Origin: Actinomycetota bacterium
GTDB taxonomy: Bacteria; Actinomycetota; Actinomycetes; Mycobacteriales; Mycobacteriaceae
DNA: 64,000 nucleotides
NCBI GenBank assembly: GCA_034190095.1
Contig: JAXHTL010000002.1
Span: 8,374-72,373 of the forward strand
Direction: 5' to 3'
Under the pieces are notes generated by a model. It was not told the DNA's origin, searched no databases, and was given only the letters and a program-made list of their open reading frames with translations. This document shows, in pieces, positions 1-8,937 of the stretch (the first letter of the stretch is position 1; the number at the start of each line of letters is the position of its first letter). The translations under genes were made by a program, and so were the position numbers.

Positions 1-1
1 C

Positions 2-409
2 ACCGTCGAACAACTCGACGGTGTGCGCGCCACCATCCACTACACCCCCGGAACCAGAATCCCGCACGGCGCCCACGTCGAGTTCATGAACCGGGCCGGC
101 GACCACATCCAGCTCGACGTCGAGTCGAAACTGTTCGCCCCCATCGCCTTCGGTTCCGGGTACGGCGGTGACCCGTCCTGGGCGCACGGCACCTGGAAGG
201 ACGGCCCGTTCGCCGAACGGGTCAGCTTCGACCTGACCGACCCCGCCGTGATGGCCAGAGCACCGTTCAGCCTGATTGACCACGTGGGCACAGCGGTGTG
301 CACCGAGGCCGACGGACGCACCTGCGAGGGCGCCGGACTGTTCGAGCACGGCGTCCTCGGCCCACACCATCCGTCGGGATTCTCCGACTGGACCGATGTC
401 GCGGAGTAG
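2..409 (+). CDS. C-terminal part of a hypothetical protein (5' end outside window)
   Basis: Reading frame of ORF 23..409 stays open back to nt 2, so the gene starts upstream of the window. GC-rich third positions. No motif recognised. Confidence 0.45.
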   Translation, partial: TVEQLDGVRATIHYTPGTRIPHGAHVEFMNRAGDHIQLDVESKLFAPIAFGSGYGGDPSWAHGTWKDGPFAERVSFDLTDPAVMARAPFSLIDHVGTAVCTEADGRTCEGAGLFEHGVLGPHHPSGFSDWTDVAE

Positions 410-418
410 GCACAGCCG

Positions 419-1408
419 ATGAAGATCATGACAGCGTTGTTCGGGCCCACGGACGCCGCCGAACGGGCGGCCGCGCTGCGCGAGGCCGGCGCCTCGGGAG
501 TGTTCACCTTCGAAGGCCCCCACGACGTGTTCACGCCGCTGGTGCTGGCCTCGACGGTCAAGGGTCTCGACGTCATGTCCAACGTGGCGATCGCATTCCC
601 GCGCAATCCGATCCATCTGGCCCACCAGGCCAACGATCTGCAGCTGCTCACCGAGGGCCGGTTCGTCCTCGGCCTGGGCACCCAGGTGCGCGCCCAGATC
701 GAGAAACGCTACGGCACCGACTTCGACCGCCCGGTCGCGCGGATGAAGGAGATGGTCGCAGCGCTGCGGGCCATCTTCGCGGCCTGGAACGACGGCGAAC
801 GGCTGGACTTCCGCGGTGAGTACTTCCGGCACACCCTGATGACGCCGACGTTCAACCCCGGCCCCAATCCGTTCGGTCCGCCACCCATCTATCTCGGGGC
901 ACTGGGCCCCCGGCTGACCCGCGCCACCGCGGAGGTCGCCGACGGCCTGCTGGTGATGCCGTTCGGCTCGAAGCGGTTCCTGCACGAGACGACCCTGCCG
1001 GCCATCCGCGACGGACTTGCCGCGGCCGGGCGCAGCGAGTCCGACTTCGCGGTGGTTCCCGAGATCATCGTGTCGGTCGCCACCGGTCGCAGCGATGACC
1101 ACGCCTCGACACGAATGCTGCTGGCGTTCTACGGTTCCACCCCCGCCTACCGGCCGGTGCTCGACGCCCACGGCTGGGGCGACCTGCAGCCCGAGCTCAA
1201 CGCGATGTCCAAACAGGGCCGTTGGCAGGAGATGGCCACCTTGATCGACGACGACATCCTGCACACCATTGCCGCGTGCGGAACGCCGGCCGAGATCGCG
1301 ACCCACATCCGCGACCGCGTCGACGGCGTGTCCGACCGCATCTGTCTGTACCAACCCGGACCCATCGACCTCCAGGCACTGACCGAGATCGTGGACGCAC
1401 TGAGCTGA
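419..1408 (+). CDS. LLM-class (luciferase-like) F420-dependent oxidoreductase
   Basis: 329-aa ORF with luciferase-like TIM-barrel blocks typical of mycobacterial F420 oxidoreductases ('GRFVLGLGTQVRAQIEKRYG', 'IYLGALGPRLTRATAEVADGLL'). Ends 4 nt before the next gene. Confidence 0.75.
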   Translation: MKIMTALFGPTDAAERAAALREAGASGVFTFEGPHDVFTPLVLASTVKGLDVMSNVAIAFPRNPIHLAHQANDLQLLTEGRFVLGLGTQVRAQIEKRYGTDFDRPVARMKEMVAALRAIFAAWNDGERLDFRGEYFRHTLMTPTFNPGPNPFGPPPIYLGALGPRLTRATAEVADGLLVMPFGSKRFLHETTLPAIRDGLAAAGRSESDFAVVPEIIVSVATGRSDDHASTRMLLAFYGSTPAYRPVLDAHGWGDLQPELNAMSKQGRWQEMATLIDDDILHTIAACGTPAEIATHIRDRVDGVSDRICLYQPGPIDLQALTEIVDALS

Positions 1409-1412
1409 CGAG

Positions 1413-3818
1413 ATGACGCTGCAGACAATCGACTTCGATGACATCACCGACGCCCGGTTCGGCGGCAAGGCCGCAGGCCTGGCCGAGCTACGTCGCCTCG
1501 GGCTGTGCGTTCCGGCGGGATTCGTCATCGCCGACGCGACCACCGACGGCGCCCTGGATGCCGCAGCCGAGCGGTTCGCCCACATGGCGGCCAACGGGGC
1601 GACGCCGGTGGCGGTCCGATCCTCAGCCGTCGGCGAAGACGGCGATGACCATTCCTTCGCCGGCCAGTACGACACCGTGCTGGGCGTCGACACCGCCGAG
1701 GGCTTCACCGCCGCCGTCCGAAGGTGCGCCGAATCGGTGGGTTCGCAGCGGGCCTCGTCCTACAGCGCAGACCGCCCGGCCACGATGAACATCGTCGTCC
1801 AGCAGATGGTCGATGCGCGCGCCGCCGGCGTGGTGTTCACCGCGGACCCCGCCAGCGGACGGCGCGACCTGATGGTCATCGACGCGATCGCCGGGCTCGG
1901 GGAAGCGCTCGTCGACGGTTGCGCCTCCCCCGACCACATCGTGCTCGACGCCGACGGCAGCCCGGTGATCGAGGAGATCGGCGCGCCACCGGTGCTGAAC
2001 CCGCAGGAGGTCACCGAGATCCGCTCCGGTGCGTTGCGCGCCGCACAGCACTGGGCCAAGCCCATGGATCTGGAATGGGCGATCGACCGATCCGGGAGGC
2101 TGTGGTGGCTGCAGGCCCGGCCCATCACTACCCTTCCCGCGGACCTCAACGAGATGGACTCTCCGCCGGCCGGAGACACCCACGTCTACACCCGGTGCAA
2201 CATCGGCGAGATGATGCCCGGTGCGTTCTGCCCGCTCACCGCGTCGGTATCCGGCCATGCCATCGACTATGCGATGCAGATGACCCAGGTGGTGGCGCGC
2301 GCGCAGCCGAGCTACGAAAAGCCCTGGCTGCAGGTCGGGTACTTCTACGGCCACATGTTCCTGAACATGACCGAGGGGACGGCGCTGAGCTCGGGCATCC
2401 TGGGCAACTCGCTCGAACAGTTCTCCATGTCGATCTGCGGACGGGTGATCGACGAGCTGGAGCCCAAACCACCGAAACCGTTCGGGCGCAAGCTCGTCAA
2501 CACGGTCCGGCTCACCTCGCACGCGCTGTCCGCGGGTCCGGCGATCCGCCGCTTGGGACGCCAGATCAGCGGTTACCGAGTTCCGGACGGTGACGATCCC
2601 CGGCTGGTCCTCGAGCAGCTCGAGGCCGGTGTCGAGCTGTACTGCGACGTCACCCTGACCCATGTGCGCTCGTCGTCGCGCGCGGCGGTGGCGGCCAACA
2701 TCCTCGAAAGCGTCGTGATCAGGCAGGCGGTCAAGCAGGGCCGCAGCGAGGACGACGGCCGGGCCGAGGCGATGAAGCTCATGGCCGGGGCCGCCGACGT
2801 CGAAAGCGCGATGATGGTCGGCGAGCTGCACTCCGTGGTCCGCGCCATCGCCGCCGACGGCGCGGTCGCCGAGCAGTTCCGTTCGGCCCGACCCGATGTC
2901 GCGGTCACCGACCTGCAGGCGGCCGACCACCCCGCCGGTGCGGCACTGCGACGGTTCCTGGCCCGGCACGGCCACCGCGGGTACCGCGAGCTGTGCATGC
3001 GCGACCCTTCGTGGGCCCAGGACCCTGCCGGGCTGGGCTCGATGATGCAGGTCATACTCGGCGCCACAGAGAACCCTGTCGATCCGGCCAACCCCGACGA
3101 CCCTGCCGGGCCCGCCGGACGCGGGTCCGGCCACGCTCAGGCCGACTCCTCCGCGCTGAGGTTGCTGGCCCGGCTGGCGCAGGGCGGCGCGCGCGGGCGC
3201 GAGGAGACGAAGTCCAAGATGGCGTTGATGGCCCATGCGCTCAAGCGGGGCTATCGGCATCTCGGCGAGGTGCTGACCCGCTCCGGCCGGCTCCCCGACG
3301 CCGACCTGGTCTTCTTCTTCGACCGTGGCGAGCTTGCCCGCATCGTCGGCGACGGTGACACCACAGCGTTGGTGGGCCGCGCGGTGCGCCGCCGCGAGGC
3401 GCTGGCGTTCCAGGACGCCCTCGAGTTCGACGACGTCTCGGTCGGTAGGCCCACCCCCGTGATCGCGCCGCCGCCGGCCGCGTTCACCGACGATCAGATC
3501 GTCGGCCGGCCGGCCAGCCGTGGAACCGTGGAAGGTACGGTTCGCGTCGCGAAGTCGATCCAGGACGCCCGGCAGGTGCAGCGCGGGGAGATCCTGGTCG
3601 CACCGGTCACCGATGTCGGATGGACGCCGTATTTCACCGTGATCGCCGCTCTGGTGACCGATATCGGCAGTTCGGTGTCACACGGCGCGGTGGTGGCGCG
3701 CGAATACGGCCTGCCGTGTGTGGTCAACACGCTGGTGGCCACCCAGGTGCTCCGGACCGGCGACCGGGTGCGGGTCGACGGCGACCGCGGCGTGATCACC
3801 CGCCTCGACCGGGCCTGA
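1413..3818 (+). CDS. PEP-utilising enzyme of the PEP synthase / antibiotic (rifamycin) phosphotransferase-like family
   Basis: 801 aa. N-terminal PPDK_N ATP-grasp blocks ('FGGKAAGLAELRRLGLCVPAGFVI', 'VAVRSSAVGEDG', 'SFAGQYDTVLGV'). Long middle domain. C-terminal swivel phospho-His domain ('GSSVSHGAVVAREYGLPCVVN'). Confidence 0.85.
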   Translation: MTLQTIDFDDITDARFGGKAAGLAELRRLGLCVPAGFVIADATTDGALDAAAERFAHMAANGATPVAVRSSAVGEDGDDHSFAGQYDTVLGVDTAEGFTAAVRRCAESVGSQRASSYSADRPATMNIVVQQMVDARAAGVVFTADPASGRRDLMVIDAIAGLGEALVDGCASPDHIVLDADGSPVIEEIGAPPVLNPQEVTEIRSGALRAAQHWAKPMDLEWAIDRSGRLWWLQARPITTLPADLNEMDSPPAGDTHVYTRCNIGEMMPGAFCPLTASVSGHAIDYAMQMTQVVARAQPSYEKPWLQVGYFYGHMFLNMTEGTALSSGILGNSLEQFSMSICGRVIDELEPKPPKPFGRKLVNTVRLTSHALSAGPAIRRLGRQISGYRVPDGDDPRLVLEQLEAGVELYCDVTLTHVRSSSRAAVAANILESVVIRQAVKQGRSEDDGRAEAMKLMAGAADVESAMMVGELHSVVRAIAADGAVAEQFRSARPDVAVTDLQAADHPAGAALRRFLARHGHRGYRELCMRDPSWAQDPAGLGSMMQVILGATENPVDPANPDDPAGPAGRGSGHAQADSSALRLLARLAQGGARGREETKSKMALMAHALKRGYRHLGEVLTRSGRLPDADLVFFFDRGELARIVGDGDTTALVGRAVRRREALAFQDALEFDDVSVGRPTPVIAPPPAAFTDDQIVGRPASRGTVEGTVRVAKSIQDARQVQRGEILVAPVTDVGWTPYFTVIAALVTDIGSSVSHGAVVAREYGLPCVVNTLVATQVLRTGDRVRVDGDRGVITRLDRA

Positions 3819-3830
3819 ACGCCGGCGAAG

Positions 3831-5492
3831 CTAGGCGCCGTCGGCTCGCCCCCGCTCACCCGGGCGGGCCGACTCCGCGCGCGTCGGGTCGTCTCCGGCC
3901 TCGGCTTCCGGCTCGTCCTCGCCCCGGCCCACCTGGTCCGCCAGTTCGAGCCCGGCGCCGGCGTAGACGTTGAACGCGATGTCGACCCCGTGGTCCTTGG
4001 CCCACTGGACCTCGTCGTCGTAGCGGGCGACGGCGGCCACCTGGCCGCTGAACCCGGACTCGCGCAGACACTCCAGCGCGGTGACGTTGGCACCGTGGCG
4101 CGGCATGGCCAGCACGGCGATGCGCACCGAGCCCGACCTGCGCATCCGGTTCCAGAAGTCCAGGTCGGTCGCGTCCCCCTCGATGACCCGCAACCCCTGC
4201 TCGGCGAGGCGCCCGATCCGCGGCCCGTCGTAGTCGACGCCGACCACCCGCAGCCCGTAGTGGTCGGTGAGACGCTGGTAGGCGGCGAACCCGACGCGCC
4301 CCATACCGATCACCACGACCTCGGCGTCACCGGCGTCGACGGGCCGTTCCTCGGGCTGCAGGTTGCGCTCGTCCTGGGCGGGCAACCGGGCGGCGATCTT
4401 CTCCACCATCAGGTGGCCGCGGCCGTTGACCAGGGCCGAGACGACGAAGCTCAACGCCACCGCGATCGACATCTCCACCAGCCAGGCTTCGGCCAGCAAT
4501 CCGACCGACACCCCGACCGACACCACGATCAGGCCGAACTCGGAGTAGTTCATCAGGCTCAGCCCGGCCAGTATCGCGGTGCGGTGCCGCAGCTTCATCA
4601 TCGACAGCAATGCCACATACCAGCCGGCCTTGAACGGCAGCAGCAGCACCATCAGCACGGCGACCGCGATGGTGGGCAGGTCTGGCAGCCCCGTCAGCCC
4701 GATCGACACGAAGAACCCCACCAGCAGCAGTTCCTTGATGTGGAACAGCGAGCGGGCCAGTTCCGAGGAGGCCGGGTGCGAGGCCAGCAGCACGCCGACG
4801 ATCAGCGCGCCGAGGTCGCCCTTGAGCCCGACCGCGGTGAACAGCGCATACCCGGGCACGAACGCCATCACGATGCCGAACAGCGACTGCATCTCGCCGT
4901 GGCCCAGCCGGCTCCAGATCCTGCGCAGGACCCGGGTCAGCGGCCACAGACCGACCAGCGCCAGCGCCCACGGGCTGGGCAGATAGCCGCTGGTGGCGGT
5001 CAGGAAGATCACCGCGATGATGTCCTGCATCACCAGGATGCCGATGGCGACACGCCCGTAGAGCGCGTGGGATTCGCCGCGCTCTTCGAGGACCTTGACC
5101 ACGAACACGGTGCTGGAGAATGACAACGCGAAGGCCAGCAGCGCGATGGTCTGCACGCTCTGCCCGACCAGCATGGCCACTCCGGCCACCGCGGCCAGCC
5201 AGAGCGCGATGCCGCCCAGCACCACACTGATGAGCATGTGCACGGAGGTGGTCAGCCACACCTCCCGTCGCAACAGGATCCGGACGTCGAGTTTGAGGCC
5301 GATCGCGAACAGCAGCAGGGTGACGCCCAGGTCTGCCAGCACGTCCAGCTGCGGAACCTCCTCGACGTTCAGGGCGTTGATGACGAACCCCGCGGCGAGG
5401 AACCCGACCAGCGGCGGCAACCGCAACGCCAGCGCGAGCCCGCCTAGACCGAACGTGACGACGAGATAGATGGCGACAACTTCCACGCGCAA
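3831..5492 (-). CDS. CPA2/Kef-type cation:proton antiporter with C-terminal TrkA-N (RCK) domain
   Basis: 553 aa. About 12 hydrophobic helices, then the Rossmann motif 'VVVIGMGRVGFAAYQRL'. Confidence 0.85.
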   Translation of the reverse strand: MRVEVVAIYLVVTFGLGGLALALRLPPLVGFLAAGFVINALNVEEVPQLDVLADLGVTLLLFAIGLKLDVRILLRREVWLTTSVHMLISVVLGGIALWLAAVAGVAMLVGQSVQTIALLAFALSFSSTVFVVKVLEERGESHALYGRVAIGILVMQDIIAVIFLTATSGYLPSPWALALVGLWPLTRVLRRIWSRLGHGEMQSLFGIVMAFVPGYALFTAVGLKGDLGALIVGVLLASHPASSELARSLFHIKELLLVGFFVSIGLTGLPDLPTIAVAVLMVLLLPFKAGWYVALLSMMKLRHRTAILAGLSLMNYSEFGLIVVSVGVSVGLLAEAWLVEMSIAVALSFVVSALVNGRGHLMVEKIAARLPAQDERNLQPEERPVDAGDAEVVVIGMGRVGFAAYQRLTDHYGLRVVGVDYDGPRIGRLAEQGLRVIEGDATDLDFWNRMRRSGSVRIAVLAMPRHGANVTALECLRESGFSGQVAAVARYDDEVQWAKDHGVDIAFNVYAGAGLELADQVGRGEDEPEAEAGDDPTRAESARPGERGRADGA

Positions 5493-5716
5493 TCCCCCCT
5501 GCCCTGTCGGGCGTAAACGGTCGCCGGCTCCGGCGGCGGTCCCGGTGTGTGATGGAGTCCTACAAGTATCGCGACAAACGCCGGAAATCTCTGCCGACCG
5601 CTTCCCCGACTCGGGTCCGGGGACGCCTGCGGAGGCGGCGCGGGCCGAATGGGGCTAGACTGCCACGATCGGCACTGGCGCCGAGCTGTTGTCGCCGGAT
5701 GCCGAGAAGAGCTCAA

Positions 5717-5959
5717 TTGTCTAGGCCTGTATACGAATTCGAGATCCGATGCGGTAGCTGCCACGCGCTCGTCGTGTTGTCCTGTCCCCCGGTCCGCGAA
5801 ACACCGCGTGACGAGGTCATCGCCCGGCGTCTGCTCAACGAGGTCCTCGTCGACCTGGGTTGGCTCCCCACCACGACCGGAGCCTTCTGTCGGCAGCACG
5901 CCGCTTCGGCGCGCAGGCGCTACCGGCGCCCGATGGGGCACCCGGGACGACGCACCTAG
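5717..5959 (+). CDS. possible small Cys-rich (zinc-ribbon-like) protein
   Basis: TTG at 5717 lies in the frame of track ORF 5549..5959. GC3-rich codons. Contains 'CGSC...C...FCRQH'. Fills an otherwise empty ~460-nt gap. No homology recognised. Confidence 0.3.
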   Translation: MSRPVYEFEIRCGSCHALVVLSCPPVRETPRDEVIARRLLNEVLVDLGWLPTTTGAFCRQHAASARRRYRRPMGHPGRRT

Positions 5960-6723
5960 GCGACATGGCCTTGCTGGCATTGTGTCCGCATCGGCGGCGC
6001 ATGGCTGAGCAGCGCCGCCAGATCCAGCCGGGGGGCGATCGCGCGCATCGCTGCCACCGCAGGCAGCGACAACCGCACGTCGACCACCATGGCACCCTTG
6101 CTGATCGGCTTGCGGCAGCTCAGCCCGACCCGGTCCCCGGCGCCCGCGCCGAGCTGTTCGTCGAATCGGGCGCGGACCGCGCTGAGTGTCAGTTCACCAC
6201 CCGAGGCCTGCCGGAACACCGGATCGAGCAGTGCGCGCACCTCGTCGGTGAGCGCCACCGCGTCGGCGAAGTACTCGTCGGGCCGTACGCCGGAGCAGGT
6301 GCCGTGCGCATACCACTCGTGGGTCGCCAGCGTCGCCGAGTCGGCCATCGTCGCCGGCAACTGCGCGCGCACCTCGGCGGACAGCGCGACCTGCGGCAAC
6401 CCGCCGGCTCCGCGGCGAACCCGCTCCGCGAGGGTCAGCGGCACGCCGCAGTACTGGTTCTCGGGCGGCTGCGGCCACAACCCGTGCAGGATCAGCGTGG
6501 GGCCGAGTCGGGCGATCTCACCGGAAGCACATGCCGGGCTCGACGGCTCGACTGCGCAGAAACCGGGCCCCCAGGTCACCACCAGCCAGCTCGAGGTCGT
6601 GCTGCGCGACACCAGGTTCGTGGACTCGCGGTCGAGGACCAGCAGGCTGAATGTGACCGCGGCCGCCACGACGGCGGCCAGAGCGGCCGAAATCGAGAAT
6701 ACTGCGACGTCACCGCGTTGCAT
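5956..6723 (-). CDS. RNase T2-family ribonuclease with N-terminal membrane/signal anchor
   Basis: 255 aa. RNase T2 active-site blocks CAS I 'LILHGLWPQ' and CAS II 'THEWYAHGTCSG'. N-terminal hydrophobic segment 'VAVFSISAALAAVVAAAVTFSLLVL'. Confidence 0.8.
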   Translation of the reverse strand: MQRGDVAVFSISAALAAVVAAAVTFSLLVLDRESTNLVSRSTTSSWLVVTWGPGFCAVEPSSPACASGEIARLGPTLILHGLWPQPPENQYCGVPLTLAERVRRGAGGLPQVALSAEVRAQLPATMADSATLATHEWYAHGTCSGVRPDEYFADAVALTDEVRALLDPVFRQASGGELTLSAVRARFDEQLGAGAGDRVGLSCRKPISKGAMVVDVRLSLPAVAAMRAIAPRLDLAALLSHAPPMRTQCQQGHVA

Positions 6724-6837
6724 GGGGCACCCTTCTACCAGGGCGGGAACGCCGGGTGCGCGTCGGCCCGCCTCGACGGTCAGCCTGCCACAGCACCGTC
6801 TCAGCGTTGAGCGATCGCCAGCGAAAGGTCCCGCGAG

Positions 6838-8937
6838 TTGCCGTCATCGGAACTGGTGAACGACATCGACCGGTGGCTGGATCGGACCGCGCGGCGCCGG
6901 AACCGCACGGTCTCGCTCTACGAGAGCCTGCTCACCGGAAAGATGTTCGCGTACTTCCGCTATCGGCTCCGGTATGCGCTGCTGCTGGACGGGACGACCT
7001 TCGTGCTGCACGTGGCCGAGTTTCTGATCATCCTCACCAGCCTCGGCGGGCTGGCGGCCTTCACCGTCATGGTCCTGCGGGTGGGCAGCCTCATCGTCAG
7101 CGGCGCCTGGTGGGGGCTGCTGGAGGTGATGCGGGAACGGCTCAGGACGTTCGCACTGTCCGGCGACCGGCAGGCGGCCGAGCGCGAGATCGGCAGCTGG
7201 CTGGTCCTGTCGATGATCGCGGCGGCCGGGGCGGCGCTGCTCGGCGCGGCGGTACTGCTGGCACTGCTTCCCCGGGAAGGCAATCCGGTCAGCCTGCTCT
7301 ACGCAGTGCTGATCATCATCGAGGTCGCCTTGCGAATGCCGGTGCGGGTGCTGCATTCCGGGATGTACGCCACCCGTCGCATCTATCGGCCGCTGTGGTC
7401 GCTGTTCGCGCCCAATGTCGCCCAACTGTTGGTCCTCGGCGTCGGTGTGCTCTTCTACCCCACCGCTGCAGTCGTCCTCGCGATCATCGTCGCCAACGCA
7501 CTGTCCATCTGGATCACCGTGCACTACACGCTGCGGCTCTACCGACTGACCGGCACATCGCTGAAAATCCCTGCCCCCCGGCATATCCGGTTCTCCCCTC
7601 CGGCGATCCCGCTTCGGCAGGGCGCCGAGGCGACACTGGCCGGCTTCGGATTGCGCCTCGACGCGGTGGTGGTGCTGCTGATCGCCGGGATCTACGGCAC
7701 GAATACCCGGGCCTTCGACCTGACGGCCGGAATGCAGGCGTGGCGCGAGATCGATGCATTCCAGTTCTTCTACCTGGTCCTGCCGCTGTTCCGCGGTGCA
7801 TACGAGGCCACCGTCGTCTTCTATTTCGACTTCGTCCGGCTGCGCCGGCTGGCGGCGCTGCGCGAGTACCGGGTGTGGTTCTTTCATCGGCTGCTGGCCG
7901 TCACCCCGGTGATCACCGCGTTCTTCTGGGCGCTGGCCGTCATGCTCGGACTGTTTGTGCTTCCGGGTATTCCGTTCAGCTTTCTGCTCGCGCTGCTGCC
8001 GCTGTTCGTCGTTCGCGGTCTGATCGGCACCTATCAGATCCGCCTGTTCGCCGAAGGCCGGTTCCGTGCACTCAACGCCACCATCGTCTTCTCGGCATTG
8101 CTGCTGGGGCTGGTGTGGCTGGACCCCGATCCCGCCTCCGACCTGGTCGAGATCACCGCCGCGATGATCACCCTGCTGATCGTGCACATCAATCTGCAGC
8201 ACCTGGCGGACCGAAAACCAGCCCAGCCCACCCAGCTCCCCCTGGGCGACTGGATCCGGGCTGTGCAGAACGAGACCGGTCCGGTGCGGGCCGGAACCAT
8301 CTCGGTACCGGAGTGGATTCCCTCCCGACAGCGTTATGCAGCCATCGAGGTGGTGCGCCAAACCCTCGACGGCACCGGGTCTCTGGCGTTCTGTTCGGCG
8401 ACGTCGCTGATCTTCTACGAACGCGACCAGCAGGTCGACGCCCGGCGGGCACCGCACCTGCTGGTGCAGGACATGACCGGGGGCGCGGCGAATCGCGGCT
8501 ACTACTGGCAGGATCCGGCACCGAACGGGCCGGCCGCACTCGAGCGCATCGTCGGCCAGGGATGGCTGCGCCCCGCCCACGGCGCAGCGCAGGCGCCGCA
8601 GAGCCCGGAGATCTTGCGCACCGAGTTCCTGCGCATCTTTCCCGACGGTTTCGTCGCCAACGTGAAAACCCGCTCCGGAGCCCGGGATATGCGCAAACTG
8701 GACCCCGACCTGGTGGTGGCGATCCTGCCCGCCGCGATCCGCAGCCTCGACGACGACGCACTGGTTGCCGAGGTGGCCGGGCGCTGGCTGTCACCGATCT
8801 TTCACCGCAACAAGGTGCAGATGGTGTTTCTGCTTCCCGTGCAGCCGGATCCCGAGCTGTTTCGCCGCTGGCTGCACACATTGCAGAGCTGGCGACTGGG
8901 TGGCTGGCCGGCGCAGGACGTGAACCATGCCCGCTGA
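6838..8937 (+). CDS. polytopic membrane protein with ~230-aa soluble C-terminal domain (unknown family), partner of the downstream RT
   Basis: 699 aa from TTG with GAAAGG upstream. About 10-12 helix-length hydrophobic segments up to about aa 465, then a hydrophilic domain with no recognised motif. Its stop lies 11 nt inside the RT gene. Alternative frames over this region are Arg/Pro/Gly junk. Confidence 0.8.
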   Translation: MPSSELVNDIDRWLDRTARRRNRTVSLYESLLTGKMFAYFRYRLRYALLLDGTTFVLHVAEFLIILTSLGGLAAFTVMVLRVGSLIVSGAWWGLLEVMRERLRTFALSGDRQAAEREIGSWLVLSMIAAAGAALLGAAVLLALLPREGNPVSLLYAVLIIIEVALRMPVRVLHSGMYATRRIYRPLWSLFAPNVAQLLVLGVGVLFYPTAAVVLAIIVANALSIWITVHYTLRLYRLTGTSLKIPAPRHIRFSPPAIPLRQGAEATLAGFGLRLDAVVVLLIAGIYGTNTRAFDLTAGMQAWREIDAFQFFYLVLPLFRGAYEATVVFYFDFVRLRRLAALREYRVWFFHRLLAVTPVITAFFWALAVMLGLFVLPGIPFSFLLALLPLFVVRGLIGTYQIRLFAEGRFRALNATIVFSALLLGLVWLDPDPASDLVEITAAMITLLIVHINLQHLADRKPAQPTQLPLGDWIRAVQNETGPVRAGTISVPEWIPSRQRYAAIEVVRQTLDGTGSLAFCSATSLIFYERDQQVDARRAPHLLVQDMTGGAANRGYYWQDPAPNGPAALERIVGQGWLRPAHGAAQAPQSPEILRTEFLRIFPDGFVANVKTRSGARDMRKLDPDLVVAILPAAIRSLDDDALVAEVAGRWLSPIFHRNKVQMVFLLPVQPDPELFRRWLHTLQSWRLGGWPAQDVNHAR

